Source of the DNA: an uncultured Gemmatimonadaceae bacterium | Lineage (GTDB): Bacteria > Gemmatimonadota > Gemmatimonadetes > Gemmatimonadales > Gemmatimonadaceae | Length of the DNA: 64,000 bases | Assembly: GCA_963781585.1 (NCBI GenBank) | Contig: CAWAGQ010000003.1 | Span: 96,001 to 160,000, forward strand | Direction of reading: 5' to 3' | Part shown: piece after piece, positions 1-10,100 of the stretch | How positions within the stretch are numbered: the first letter of the stretch is position 1 | How the letters are laid out: each line of letters opens with the position of its first letter | Translations under genes and position numbers: made by a program | Notes under the pieces: model-generated | What the model was told of the DNA's origin: nothing | The model's input: the letters and a program-made list of their open reading frames with translations, nothing else | Database searches by the model: none

Positions 1-1
1 C

Positions 2-661
2 ACGCAGATCCGGAAGACCATCGCGAGACGGCTGGCTGAGTCACTCGGTCCCATCCCGACGTTCTATCTCACCGCCGAATACGACATGGAGCAACTGGCC
101 GGGTTGCGCACAGCAATGGCGGAACTGGGCGACGAATACCGGGTGTCGTTCAACGATATCATGCTCAAGGCGACCGCCGCTGCCCTGACGCTGCACCGTG
201 AGTGCAACGCGCACTGGATGGGTGACCACATCCGGTACTTCAACCGCGTCCATCTGGGAATGGCCGTCGCCGTCGAAGACGGTCTCATCACCCCCGTCCT
301 GTTCGACGCTGATCAGAAGGGACTCGGCGCCATCGCCCGGGAAGCCCGCGACCTGGCTGCCCGCGCGCGTGAGCGTCGCCTGGCCCCCGAGGAGTACACC
401 GGCTCCACGTTCTCCGTCTCCAACCTTGGCATGTTCGGGATTTCGCATTTCACGGCGATCATCAATCCGCCGGAGTGCGGAATTATTGCCGTGGGAAGTG
501 TGGAGACGCAGCCGGTCGCGCACGACGGAACGTTGGCCATGCGACGTCGCATGCGGGTGACGATGAGCTGTGACCACCGCGTCATCGATGGCGCAACCGG
601 CGCGAGGTTTCTGCAGACGCTTCGTCGCCTGATCGAGAATCCGCTGCTGCTGGTGTACTGA
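2..661 (+). CDS. pdhC: Pyruvate dehydrogenase E2 (dihydrolipoamide acetyltransferase), C-terminal catalytic part, truncated by the window start
   Basis: Open frame from nt 2 (TQIRKTIARRL...); TFSVSNLGMFG, AIINPP and DHRVIDGA catalytic motifs; lpdA and lipB lie downstream. Confidence 0.93.
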   Translation, partial: TQIRKTIARRLAESLGPIPTFYLTAEYDMEQLAGLRTAMAELGDEYRVSFNDIMLKATAAALTLHRECNAHWMGDHIRYFNRVHLGMAVAVEDGLITPVLFDADQKGLGAIAREARDLAARARERRLAPEEYTGSTFSVSNLGMFGISHFTAIINPPECGIIAVGSVETQPVAHDGTLAMRRRMRVTMSCDHRVIDGATGARFLQTLRRLIENPLLLVY

Positions 662-843
662 CCAGCGCCTGCGGGCGTCGGGTGACGCGAGCCATTCCCC
701 CGACGCGATGCCGAACACATCTTTCGCGGCAATCCCGACCGTTCAGCGGCGACGCCAGCATCACACCGGGCAAGGCGTTGCGCGCGCCGAGCGCGGCGCG
801 TCAGCAGAACGGCCACGAATTCCAGACGCATTCTTCCCCGCAC

Positions 844-3800
844 ATGGCGAACACCGGCCACCGGCAACCCGGGATCTGCCGATCACCGCGGAACCCGTCC
901 GCGGGTCGCGCCGCACGCCTAACGATGATGGCTGCGCTGGCCGCGGCATGCGCGCGGAGCGACCGGCACGGTGTGACCGAACCGCCGCAGGGATTCCAGA
1001 CGGCGGCACTTGCCGTGTCGGTGAGTGGACTTCCTGACGGCGCCGGCGCCGACATCGAGATCACCGGACCCGGTGGCTACGTCATTACGCTGGCGCGCGA
1101 TCAGACTCTCACGGGACTGACCCCCGGCACCTACACGTTCCAGATAGGGACCGTCCACAGCGGGGGCTTCAGCTACGCCGCCGGCCCGTCTTCCAGGACG
1201 GTCACGATCTCCGCCGGATCCACGCCCGTGAACGTGCCGATCGCGTACTCGCTGATCACCGGCGCCCTCACCGTCACCATTTCCGGCCTGCCCGATGGTA
1301 CGTCGTCGGTGGTCACGGTCAGCGGCCCCGCCGGATATCACGCGACCTTGTCGTTGAGCACCACCCTGTCCGACCTCGAGCCCGGAACGTACACGCTCAC
1401 GGGCACACCGGTTGCGGCCGGATCGGATACCTACGACGTGGCCGCGCCCGTCGGCGCGAGCGTCGTTGCCTCGCTCACGCCGACCGCGGCAACCGTCGGC
1501 TATCAGATCACCACCGGCCGACTCGACGTCTCTGTCACGGGCCTCCCGGGAGGGACCGACGCGTCGGTCCACGTGGCTGGGCCGAACGCATTCTCAGCGC
1601 AGGTCACCGCAACCACGACGCTGTCCGGGCTCACTCCTGGTGCGTATGCGGTCACTGCCACGAGCGTCCCCGCCGGTCAGGACTCCTACACCCCGCTGCC
1701 ATCCACTCAGTCGGCAGACGTCGTCGCGTCCGTGACCCCCACGCCGGTCTCGGTGGCGTACGCCATTACAACCGGCCGCCTCGACGTCTCCGTCACAGGC
1801 CTGCCCGGCGCCACGTCCGGAGACGTGACCGTCACCGGCCCAAGCGGATTTCACGCGAGCGTCGGGGCCAGCACGACGCTCACTGCGCTCGTGCCGGGAA
1901 CCTATACCGTCGCTGCGGCCAGCGTCCCGTCCGGGGCTAACGTCTATGCGCCATCCGTGACATCACAGGCCGTCATCGTGACCGCATCGGTTACGCCGGC
2001 GACCGCCGTCGTGACGTACGCGCTTCAGCCGGGAGCGCTTCACGTGGCGGTCGGCGGACTGCCCGGAGGTGTGAACGCAGCGGTGTCGGTCTCCGGTCCG
2101 GAGGGATTCCTGGCGTCGCTGTCGGCGACCCAGACGCTCTCGAATCTCACGCCGGGAGCCTACGTCATCACGGCCAACACCGTGTCCAGCGGCGGCACGA
2201 CGTACGACGCGTCGCCGACGTCCCAGAACGCCACGGTGACGTCAAACGCGACGGCGTCCGCATCCGTGACCTACACGCCGGGCGCGGCCGCGATCAACCT
2301 GACGATCGATGATCTCTACATCACGCAGGTGGTTCAGACGCTCACCGGTAACGTTCCTCTCGTAGCAGGCCGCGACGGTCTCCTCCGGGTGTTCGTGCGC
2401 GCCACGCAGGCCAACAATGCGCATCCTGACGTCCGCGTACGTTTCTACAGCGGTGGCAACCTGGCGAGTACGGTGACGATCACCGCACCTGGCACTTCCG
2501 TCCCGACCAGCATCAACGAGGGGTTACTGCTGTCAACCTGGAACGTGGTCGTACCGGCGGCGCTCCTGCAGCCGGGGCTCGCGGTGGTGGCGGATGTGGA
2601 TCCGGGGAACGTGGTGGGCGAATCGGACGAGGCCGACAACTCGTATCCTGTGTCCGGTACGCCGCTCACCCTCGACGTGCGCAACGTGTCACCGTTCTCG
2701 TTCCGCATGGTCCCGGTCAACCAGATCGCGAACAGCACAACCGGCAACGTGACCGCGGGAAACATCGATCAGTTCCTCACGACACTGAGGCAGATCTATC
2801 CGCTCCTCACCGTCGATACCGACCTGCGCGCCACCTACACCACTGCCGCACCCGCGCTGGAATCGAACGATGGCAATGGCGCGTGGCTGCAGATCCTGAG
2901 CGAGGTGAACGCCCTGCGCACGGCAGACGGATCGTCCCGATACTATTTCGGCGTGGTGCACACCATCTACCACTCCGGGGTCGCGGGCCTCGGATATGTA
3001 CCCGGTCACGCGGCGATTGGGTGGGACTACCTCCCGAGCGCCACCACGGTGACAGCGCACGAGGTGGGCCACAACTTCGGCCGCTGGCATGCTCCCTGTG
3101 GCAACCCGTCGGCTGTGGATCCGCTGTATCCGTACGCGGGAGGCGCCATCGGCGTCTACGGCTACGACGCGACCAGCGGCGTGCTCAAGCCACCAACGAA
3201 TTCGGACCTGATGGGGTATTGCTCCAATGTCTGGATCAGCGACTACAACTACGTGGGGGTGCTGAACTACCGCACCGCGCACCCCGACGTCGTGACCGCA
3301 GGCTTCGGCAACGTGCGGCAGCCAGCGCTGCTGCTCTGGGGAAGAGTGCACAACGGGCGGGTCATACTTGAACCGGCGTACGAGATCGAAGCGCCACCTC
3401 AGCTCCCCGCTCACCCTGGCCGAAACCTCCTCGAGGGCCTTGGAACTTCCGGCGAAATACTTCTTTCCCTGTCGTTCGACGGGGAGCAGGTGGCCGATGC
3501 CGTCGACCCGGACGAGCAGACGTTCGCTTTCGCCGTGCCGCTGGCAACGCTCCGGGGGAGAAGCCTCGCCCGACTGCGCCTTACGGCCTTGGGCCAGCAG
3601 GTTGAGCTGCGGAGCGCCGGCGCACCCGGTGACCCCGTCATTGTCGACGCAGCGGGAGCCCCAACGGCCACGCGAGCCGGGGCCGGCGCACTGCGTGTCC
3701 GCTGGTCGGAGCCGACTGTGAGAGGCGTGCTGATTCGTGACGCCCGAACCGGCGAGATCCTGAGCTTCGCCCACGGCGGAGATGTCACGCTCCGGAGCAC

Positions 3801-3870
3801 GAGTGCGGAGCTGGAGATCGTCGTGTCCGATGGCGTACGGAGCGAGCACCGCCGGATCATCCCGCGATAG
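844..3870 (+). CDS. Lipoprotein with ~5 tandem ~86-aa beta-rich repeats, a CARDB-like segment and a C-terminal zinc metallopeptidase (metzincin, M66-like) domain
   Basis: Lipobox-like LAAAC after an Arg-rich n-region; repeats (V/I)SGLP.G....V.V.GP.G...TL..L.PG.Y; HEVGHNFGRWH (HExxHxxGxxH) and DLMGY Met-turn; start uncertain (682/844/925). Confidence 0.8.
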   Translation: MANTGHRQPGICRSPRNPSAGRAARLTMMAALAAACARSDRHGVTEPPQGFQTAALAVSVSGLPDGAGADIEITGPGGYVITLARDQTLTGLTPGTYTFQIGTVHSGGFSYAAGPSSRTVTISAGSTPVNVPIAYSLITGALTVTISGLPDGTSSVVTVSGPAGYHATLSLSTTLSDLEPGTYTLTGTPVAAGSDTYDVAAPVGASVVASLTPTAATVGYQITTGRLDVSVTGLPGGTDASVHVAGPNAFSAQVTATTTLSGLTPGAYAVTATSVPAGQDSYTPLPSTQSADVVASVTPTPVSVAYAITTGRLDVSVTGLPGATSGDVTVTGPSGFHASVGASTTLTALVPGTYTVAAASVPSGANVYAPSVTSQAVIVTASVTPATAVVTYALQPGALHVAVGGLPGGVNAAVSVSGPEGFLASLSATQTLSNLTPGAYVITANTVSSGGTTYDASPTSQNATVTSNATASASVTYTPGAAAINLTIDDLYITQVVQTLTGNVPLVAGRDGLLRVFVRATQANNAHPDVRVRFYSGGNLASTVTITAPGTSVPTSINEGLLLSTWNVVVPAALLQPGLAVVADVDPGNVVGESDEADNSYPVSGTPLTLDVRNVSPFSFRMVPVNQIANSTTGNVTAGNIDQFLTTLRQIYPLLTVDTDLRATYTTAAPALESNDGNGAWLQILSEVNALRTADGSSRYYFGVVHTIYHSGVAGLGYVPGHAAIGWDYLPSATTVTAHEVGHNFGRWHAPCGNPSAVDPLYPYAGGAIGVYGYDATSGVLKPPTNSDLMGYCSNVWISDYNYVGVLNYRTAHPDVVTAGFGNVRQPALLLWGRVHNGRVILEPAYEIEAPPQLPAHPGRNLLEGLGTSGEILLSLSFDGEQVADAVDPDEQTFAFAVPLATLRGRSLARLRLTALGQQVELRSAGAPGDPVIVDAAGAPTATRAGAGALRVRWSEPTVRGVLIRDARTGEILSFAHGGDVTLRSTSAELEIVVSDGVRSEHRRIIPR

Positions 3871-3877
3871 CGAGTCA

Positions 3878-3972
3878 TCAGCAGTCAGCCTTCGGCACTC
3901 AGCTTTCAGCAGTCAGGTCAGGGCTGTAAGCTGATAGCTGATCGCTGATCGCTGATCGCTGCCAACTGATGG
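3878..3972. repeat. Heptamer tandem repeats arranged as an inverted pair (TCAGCNN x5-6, then GCTGANN x7)
   Basis: TCAGCAG TCAGCCT TCGGCAC TCAGCTT TCAGCAG ... GCTGTAA GCTGATA GCTGATC GCTGATC GCTGATC GCTGCCA ACTGATG. Confidence 0.85.
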
Positions 3973-3996
3973 CTTTTCCTCCCACCCCTGCAAGTC

Positions 3997-5403
3997 ATGG
4001 CTCAGTACGACGTGATCTTCATCGGCGGCGGCCCCGCCGGCTACGTGGGCGCCATTCGCTGCGGTCAGCTCGGACTTTCCACGGCCGTCATCGAGCGCGA
4101 CGGACTCGGCGGCACCTGCGTCCTGTGGGGATGCATTCCCGCGAAGGCGCTCCTGGAAAGCTCGGCGATGGCTTCGCGCATGAAACACGCCGCCGAGTTC
4201 GGCGTGAGCGTGGGAGATGTGAAGCTGGACTACGGCGTCGCGATGAAACGGTCGCGCGCCGTGAGCCTGCAGAATTCCAAGGGCGTCGAGTTCCTCTTCA
4301 AGAAGTACAAGGTCACGTGGATCAAAGGCACCGGGCGCCTCGCCGGGGGATCGTCCGTGGCTGTGACGACGGCGGATGGCAAGGAGGAGAAGCACGAGGC
4401 CAGGAAGGGAATTGTGCTGGCAACGGGATCTCGCGTGCGAGGACTCCCGCAGATCGGCCTCGAGCTGGACAAGACCAACGTCCTGTCGTCTGACGACGCC
4501 CTCACGCTCGAGCGGGCGCCGAAGACGATGGCCATCATCGGCGCCGGCGCAGTGGGTTGTGAATTCGCCGATGTGTTCAACGCATTCGGAACACAGGTCA
4601 CTCTCATTGAGGTGCTGCCCGCCATTCTCCCCATTGAAGACGCCGACGCCAGCACCGATCTCTCACGCTCGTTCCGCAAACGGAAGATCGAGGTCCTGAC
4701 CGCCGCCAGAATCTCCGGCGCGAAAGTCGGCAAGGGGTTGGTGAAGCTCACGGTGGAGACCGGCGGCGAGAAGAAACAGCTCGAGGTGGAACAGGTGCTC
4801 GTCGCGGCCGGGCGTGCCCCGAACGTGGAAGACCTGGGTCTCGAAAAGGCAGGCGTGCAACTGACCGAGCGCGGCTTCATCAAGGTCGACACCACAACCT
4901 ACCAGACGTCCGCCACGAGGATCTACGCGATCGGCGACGTCATCGGCCCGCCGATGCTCGCGCACAAGGGCTTTCGCGAGGGCCACATCCTGGCCGAGCG
5001 CCTGGCGGGTCAGAATCCACACCCGCTGACGTACGACAACATCCCCAATGCCACCTACTGCCATCCCGAGGTCGCCTCGATCGGCCTGACGGAACAGCAG
5101 TGCAAGGACCAGAAGCTCAGCTACAAGGTCGGGAGGTTTCCGTTCTCGGCGAACGGTCGCGCTCGCACCGCCGGCGAGACGGAAGGATTCGTGAAGATCA
5201 TCCGCGACACGAAGTACGGAGAGATCCTCGGCGCTCACATCGTTGGCGCACACGCCACGGAGCTGATCCACGAGCTGGTAGTGGCGCGCGAGAACGAGTT
5301 CACGGTCGAGGAGGTGGAACTCGCCATTCACGCGCATCCGACGCTATCGGAGGCGGTGAGCGAGGCGGCTCTGGATTCGCTCGGGATGATGATTCATGCG
5401 TAG
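3997..5403 (+). CDS. lpdA: Dihydrolipoyl dehydrogenase (E3)
   Basis: GGGPAGY FAD motif, GGTCVLWGCIPAK redox disulfide, GAGAVG NAD motif, HAHPTLSE. Confidence 0.97.
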   Translation: MAQYDVIFIGGGPAGYVGAIRCGQLGLSTAVIERDGLGGTCVLWGCIPAKALLESSAMASRMKHAAEFGVSVGDVKLDYGVAMKRSRAVSLQNSKGVEFLFKKYKVTWIKGTGRLAGGSSVAVTTADGKEEKHEARKGIVLATGSRVRGLPQIGLELDKTNVLSSDDALTLERAPKTMAIIGAGAVGCEFADVFNAFGTQVTLIEVLPAILPIEDADASTDLSRSFRKRKIEVLTAARISGAKVGKGLVKLTVETGGEKKQLEVEQVLVAAGRAPNVEDLGLEKAGVQLTERGFIKVDTTTYQTSATRIYAIGDVIGPPMLAHKGFREGHILAERLAGQNPHPLTYDNIPNATYCHPEVASIGLTEQQCKDQKLSYKVGRFPFSANGRARTAGETEGFVKIIRDTKYGEILGAHIVGAHATELIHELVVARENEFTVEEVELAIHAHPTLSEAVSEAALDSLGMMIHA

Positions 5404-5407
5404 GGAC

Positions 5408-5499
5408 GGCATAGGCCACGGGCCACAGGCCATGGGCCATAGGCGACAGGCCATAGGCGACAGGCCATAGGCGACAGGCCATAGGCGACAGGCCATAGG
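5408..5499. repeat. Heptamer/14-mer VNTR (GGCCATA GGCGACA)n between lpdA and lipB
   Basis: About 13 heptamers including four exact GGCCATAGGCGACA units, ending directly at the lipB RBS (GGAGGAGG). Confidence 0.92.
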
Positions 5500-5509
5500 A
5501 GGAGGCCGG

Positions 5510-6448
5510 GTGACGGTTTCGGAGCTCGTAGCGGTCGATCTCGGCCGGATGGCATACGGCCCCGCGCTCGAGTTCCAGCGCGCGCTGGCCCGCGAGCGCA
5601 TCGAGGGACGCCTGGACCAGGACGTCCTGCTGCTGGTTGAGCACACCCCGGTCGTGACGCTTGGCCGCGCATCGCGCGAGCAGCACGTGCTGGCCACGCG
5701 CGACGCGCTGGCGGCGCGGGGGGTGGACGTCTACGAGGTGGAGCGCGGCGGCGACGTGACCTTTCACGGTCCGGGACAGCTTGTCGGATACCCGATCCTG
5801 GACCTTGGGCATCATCGAAAGGACCTCCACTGGTACCTGCGTCAGGTCGAGGAAGTAATCATGCGGGCATTGGCGCCTTATGGCCTTCTGGCGGAGCGCA
5901 AGCCGGGCTTTACGGGAGTTTGGACGCGGGGGAAGGGTACGCCACCGTTGGTGGCGCGATTGGGCTCTCAGGAGGCTGTGAGCGCCGTGGAGGACGCAGG
6001 GAGACGAGGCGGCGGCCTGGATTCTGTCGGGGCGTCTGCGGGTGCGCCCGCGAAATCGACCCGCGCCCTCGAGGGTGGACTGCCGGCTCGAGCCCGGCAC
6101 CCTTCCCCCCCGGCCCCCGGTTCCACCCCGTCGGGCGCCGGATCATCGCTTCGGAAGATCGCATCAATCGGCGTGCATGCGCGCGACTGGATCACCTGGC
6201 ATGGCTTTGCACTGAACGTCTCCACCGACCTCTCGTACTTCGACCTGATTATCCCCTGCGGAATCTCCGATGTGTCCATGACCTCGATGGCGCGTGAGCT
6301 GCCTGGCGTGGAGCCTGCGCTGAAGGAGGTGACGCACCGCGTGGCACAGGAATTCGCGGACGTGTTCAACTGCGCGCTGCGCTGGGAGCGTCGCGAGTCG
6401 TTCCACGGTGCCGTCGCGGTCGGTTCAGAACGCATGGCGGACGCCTAG
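5510..6448 (+). CDS. lipB: Lipoyl(octanoyl) transferase LipB with a ~73-aa low-complexity insertion
   Basis: EHTPVVTLG, RGGDVTFHGPGQLVGYPI, RKIASIG, HGFALNV, IIPCG motifs. Confidence 0.95.
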   Translation: MTVSELVAVDLGRMAYGPALEFQRALARERIEGRLDQDVLLLVEHTPVVTLGRASREQHVLATRDALAARGVDVYEVERGGDVTFHGPGQLVGYPILDLGHHRKDLHWYLRQVEEVIMRALAPYGLLAERKPGFTGVWTRGKGTPPLVARLGSQEAVSAVEDAGRRGGGLDSVGASAGAPAKSTRALEGGLPARARHPSPPAPGSTPSGAGSSLRKIASIGVHARDWITWHGFALNVSTDLSYFDLIIPCGISDVSMTSMARELPGVEPALKEVTHRVAQEFADVFNCALRWERRESFHGAVAVGSERMADA

Positions 6449-6556
6449 TCGACGCCGCGCACGCTCTCTGCAGCCGGGCGCCTCGGCTTGTTAGATTCGT
6501 CGCGTCAGTCGGCGCACTCGCTGGCCGGCTGTGCTTCCGTCACCCCGAGGACGTTC

Positions 6557-6952
6557 ATGAGAATCGTGTCCACCGTAAGACGCACACCACTGGCAGCGGT
6601 CGTGATCGCCGCGACGGTTGCACTGGCCGCCTGCAAGGACTCCCGTATCGCGCAGCTCCAGGTCGGCATCAGCAAGGACTCCATGCTCAAGGTCCTGGCG
6701 AACGGCGCACCAGTCGGCGACTCGCTGCCTCTTGTATATCGCCACAACAGCTACCTGGTGTCGGGCAAGTTCTTCGACGTCTACTACTACGATCGCAAGG
6801 GTCGCAAGTACGGCGAAACGAAGGTCATCCGGCAGAAGGACGTGGTACCCATCTTCGTCGTGGATGGCGTCGTAGATGGATGGGGCTGGTCGCACAGCGA
6901 CTCACTGCAGGCGCAATACAAGATCCCGGCGCGCGAAGATCTCCTGAAGTAG
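6557..6952 (+). CDS. Small hypothetical lipoprotein
   Basis: Signal peptide with LAAC lipobox; typical codon usage; followed by a hairpin. Confidence 0.7.
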   Translation: MRIVSTVRRTPLAAVVIAATVALAACKDSRIAQLQVGISKDSMLKVLANGAPVGDSLPLVYRHNSYLVSGKFFDVYYYDRKGRKYGETKVIRQKDVVPIFVVDGVVDGWGWSHSDSLQAQYKIPAREDLLK

Positions 6953-6979
6953 ACCTCTCGGCGCGCCGGGCAAGAGAGC

Positions 6980-7016
6980 GAGGGACGGACCCGACGGGCA
7001 GGGTCCGTCCCTCTTT
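6980..7016 (+). terminator. Probable intrinsic terminator
   Basis: 13-bp perfect stem GAGGGACGGACCC/GGGTCCGTCCCTC followed by TTT. Confidence 0.6.
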
Positions 7017-7077
7017 GCGCCCGCTGCATCCGCGGGAGAAGCAATCCTCTGAAGTCCCCCCCGAAAACGCATGGTAG

Positions 7078-7117
7078 CAAAACACGCCGGGCCCCACCCG
7101 AAGGTGGAGCCCGGCGT
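7078..7117 (-). terminator. Intrinsic terminator of the large Ig-like surface protein gene
   Basis: 15-bp stem with TTCG loop on the minus strand followed by GTTTTG, ~30 nt after the stop at 7147. Confidence 0.75.
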
Positions 7118-7146
7118 TTACAGCCACTGCTACGTGAGCCTGAACC

Positions 7147-10100
7147 TTACGGCACCACGCAACCGAGTGTTGCCAGACCGTCGCCGGCGGCGCTCATACC
7201 GACCGCCACGACTGTCTGCGTGCTGACCAGGGCCGACGTAAACGTCGGGCTGGTGTACGTCCAGAACCGGTCCGTGCCCTGATCGAAGATCGAGGGGTTC
7301 GATCCCTGCACGCCAACCGTCGTTCCCAGGAACTGCCAGTAGTTGCCATCATAGGCGAAGAAGGCAACCTGCGGGAACGGCATGTTGGTGATGACCGTGG
7401 TGGTCTTGGCCTCGGCCTGCGCTGAACTGCCGGCGAGGGCCGACGCATCCCTTGACATACCACTGACCCACACCGATCGCACTGAGAAATCGTGCCCGGA
7501 GTGAGCTGCGCCGGCAGGATCGGGGCGACGAACAAGCCAGACGAATCCGGCGTTGCCCCAGCCAAGCGTGGCTTCCATCCGCTTGATGTCGTAGAACTGC
7601 GCGCCGACGAAGGTCGGACCATACGTGGCCGACACGACTGCAGGCGGCGTGGAATCGACGCCCGACACCATGTCGATACCGTTCAGGAAGCCGTGTGGTA
7701 CGGTGTAGCCGGTGGACGCCGAACATCGCGCCGTTACCGACCGGCGTCGCCAGCGTCGCCGCCGACGTTGCCAGCCACGGAGCGTGAACCGGCGGGAAGA
7801 CCGCGTACCGCAGCGGACCACCAGCCATGTTCGGGTAGTTCAGGAACAGCGCGCCGTCTGTGACTTCGAGGTCATCCGAGCCGTTCGGCACGAAGGCCAC
7901 GTTGCTCGCCCCCGGCAACGACGCCGGGAAGTTGATGCCCGTGATGAGCGGAGCTGCGATGTCGATGGCAGCACGACGGCTCAGCGTGGGCGACACGTTA
8001 CCAGCGCGGTCCTTGACGAACGCCAGGTAGTTGTAGTAGCCCGGTGAGGTCGCGGATGAGACCGCCCGTGGTCCCATAGACCGGCACCGATGTCACGACG
8101 ATACGTCGGGTCATCGATGCCGATCGGGAGCGCGACGTTCACGAATGCGCACGCCACGCCGCCTTCCGCGCAGGTGGTGCCCGAGGGCGCCACACGCGTG
8201 ATCTTGCGGGAGTAGTAGTTGTTGTTCAGGACGTCAAAGCCCGACCGCGTATCGCGAATCCGCACGGCGAACTGCGCATTGGTCGAGTTCATGCCTTGGG
8301 TGTTGTTGACCAGGTCGTTCAGGATCGAATCCGTGAGTCACATCGACCGCGAGACGGACTGATGGCGCACGCCGGATAGTTGGTCCATGACCGTGCCGGC
8401 ATCCGTGAACTGGATGGTCGGAGGCGTGGCGTCGACGCCGAACGTCATGACCGTGAGGCTCGGATTCCCGACGAGGTTCACCGTGCGTTTGTTGTGCAGC
8501 ATGTCCTGCACGGTCAGGCGCGCGTCATACGCGTTGTTCGTGAAGTCGATCGGGTTCTCCGGGATGTCGCTGGGATTGGCCGTAAAGGCAACCCAGGTCA
8601 CGCCGGCGACCGCGCGATCATCGTACTCGTACAGGTCGGTCGAGGCGGCGTCGATGCCGACACCCGTGCCGTCCGTCCCGCGGGTCGTGATTCCAGCAGC
8701 CAACCAGCTGAACGGCGTATTCGGCGCCGGAACCGTGTTGTTGTTGATCCAGTTGTTCGGGGCATCCAGCAGCTTCAGCACGGTTCCCGAGGGCGACAGG
8801 TTGTCGAGCAGGAAGCCCTGGTTCATGGAACCCGAGGCCAGGCCGCCGCTGAGCGGTGGCGGAGCCGGTGCCGGTGCGAACGCATTGGACGGCGCATTCA
8901 TCACGCCGCCGACCGTGTTCTGGAAGGCCGCATTCGCGTTGAAGAGCATGACCGAGCCGTCGGTGAACGTCACACCGGTGACATTCGGCAGCTCGCGAAG
9001 CCGCACGCCGTTGACCACCTGCGTGGGATCCGACTGATAGCCGCCCGTGCCCTGCGGGAAGAGCAGGGTCGCATTCTGCGAGCCGCCAAGGCAGGCTGCG
9101 GGCGTGCCCACAGCAACCGCGGCAGCCGGGGCACCAACCGAAGCCGGACCAGGCGTCCACGCAATCGCGCGTGTGCACACGGTCTTGGCGGTGCTGCCAT
9201 TTGGCGTGGTGGGCGTGTAGACAACCGGCACCGATGTCACGGTGACGTCACCCTGCCGCCATTCCTGTCCACCACCCGGAGCGGGACCCGTCGACACGAT
9301 GGACTTGAGGCCGCCGTTCTTCGCGGTGTTGTCCATGGTGACGTAGAAGCCGTCGCTGTTGTTGAAGTTCAGGCCGTACGTATTCGACGCACGCTGCGTC
9401 GGGATCGTAGCTGCCACATTCGCGACTGCCTTCACCACGTGGTTGCCGTTGAGGAAGTTCGCAACGCCCGTGGTAGTGTTGAAGCTGTCGGAGCGGAAAC
9501 TGAGAACAATGACGTCGCCAACGTTCGCGGCGGCGGTATTCGCAGCGGGCTCGATGCCAGCCGCTTCGTACGCGGACCGCTCGCGCATCGCGTTCTGCAC
9601 CGACGGAGAGAAATTCTGCGACGCGACGACGCGGTTGTCGACGAGCACGTCGAGCTGCGTCACCGTCTCGTCATTCGGCGTCAGGTTGACGGCGACGTCG
9701 AGCTGACCGAACGCGTTGGCGACGTTCACCGGCGTGTTCAGGTTGCCGAAGGTGATCGCCTGGATGTTGACGTTGGCGGGCACCGGCGGACGCACCGTGA
9801 CCACGAGCGCCGTGGCGATCGTGGCATCGACCGACGAGGCGACGGTAAACGTGGTGACCGAGGCCGTCGCGGAAACGCCCGTGACCACGATGCCGGAGCC
9901 GGACTTCGTCGCCGTGGCGATCGAAGCATTGCCGCCGCTGATCGCGAAGTCATGCGAGACGCCCGGATCGGCGGTCACGCTCACGGCCACGCCGATGGCG
10001 TTGTTCGCGCCCGGCGCAACGGTCACTGCAGAGGGGTTCACGCTGATCGCCTGTACGCCCTTGCTCGCCGACACCGTAATGGCCGCGGCGCCCTTCTTGT

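Noticed and set aside
5408..5499. Tandem repeats (also 3878-3972 and 22822-22920) as CRISPR arrays
   Set aside because: Units are 7/14 bp and contiguous with no unique spacers; no cas genes in the window
8338..8340. In-frame TGA as selenocysteine or programmed readthrough
   Set aside because: The ~14 codons before it have atypical usage and are better explained by three local +1 slips; no redox motif context or recognisable SECIS
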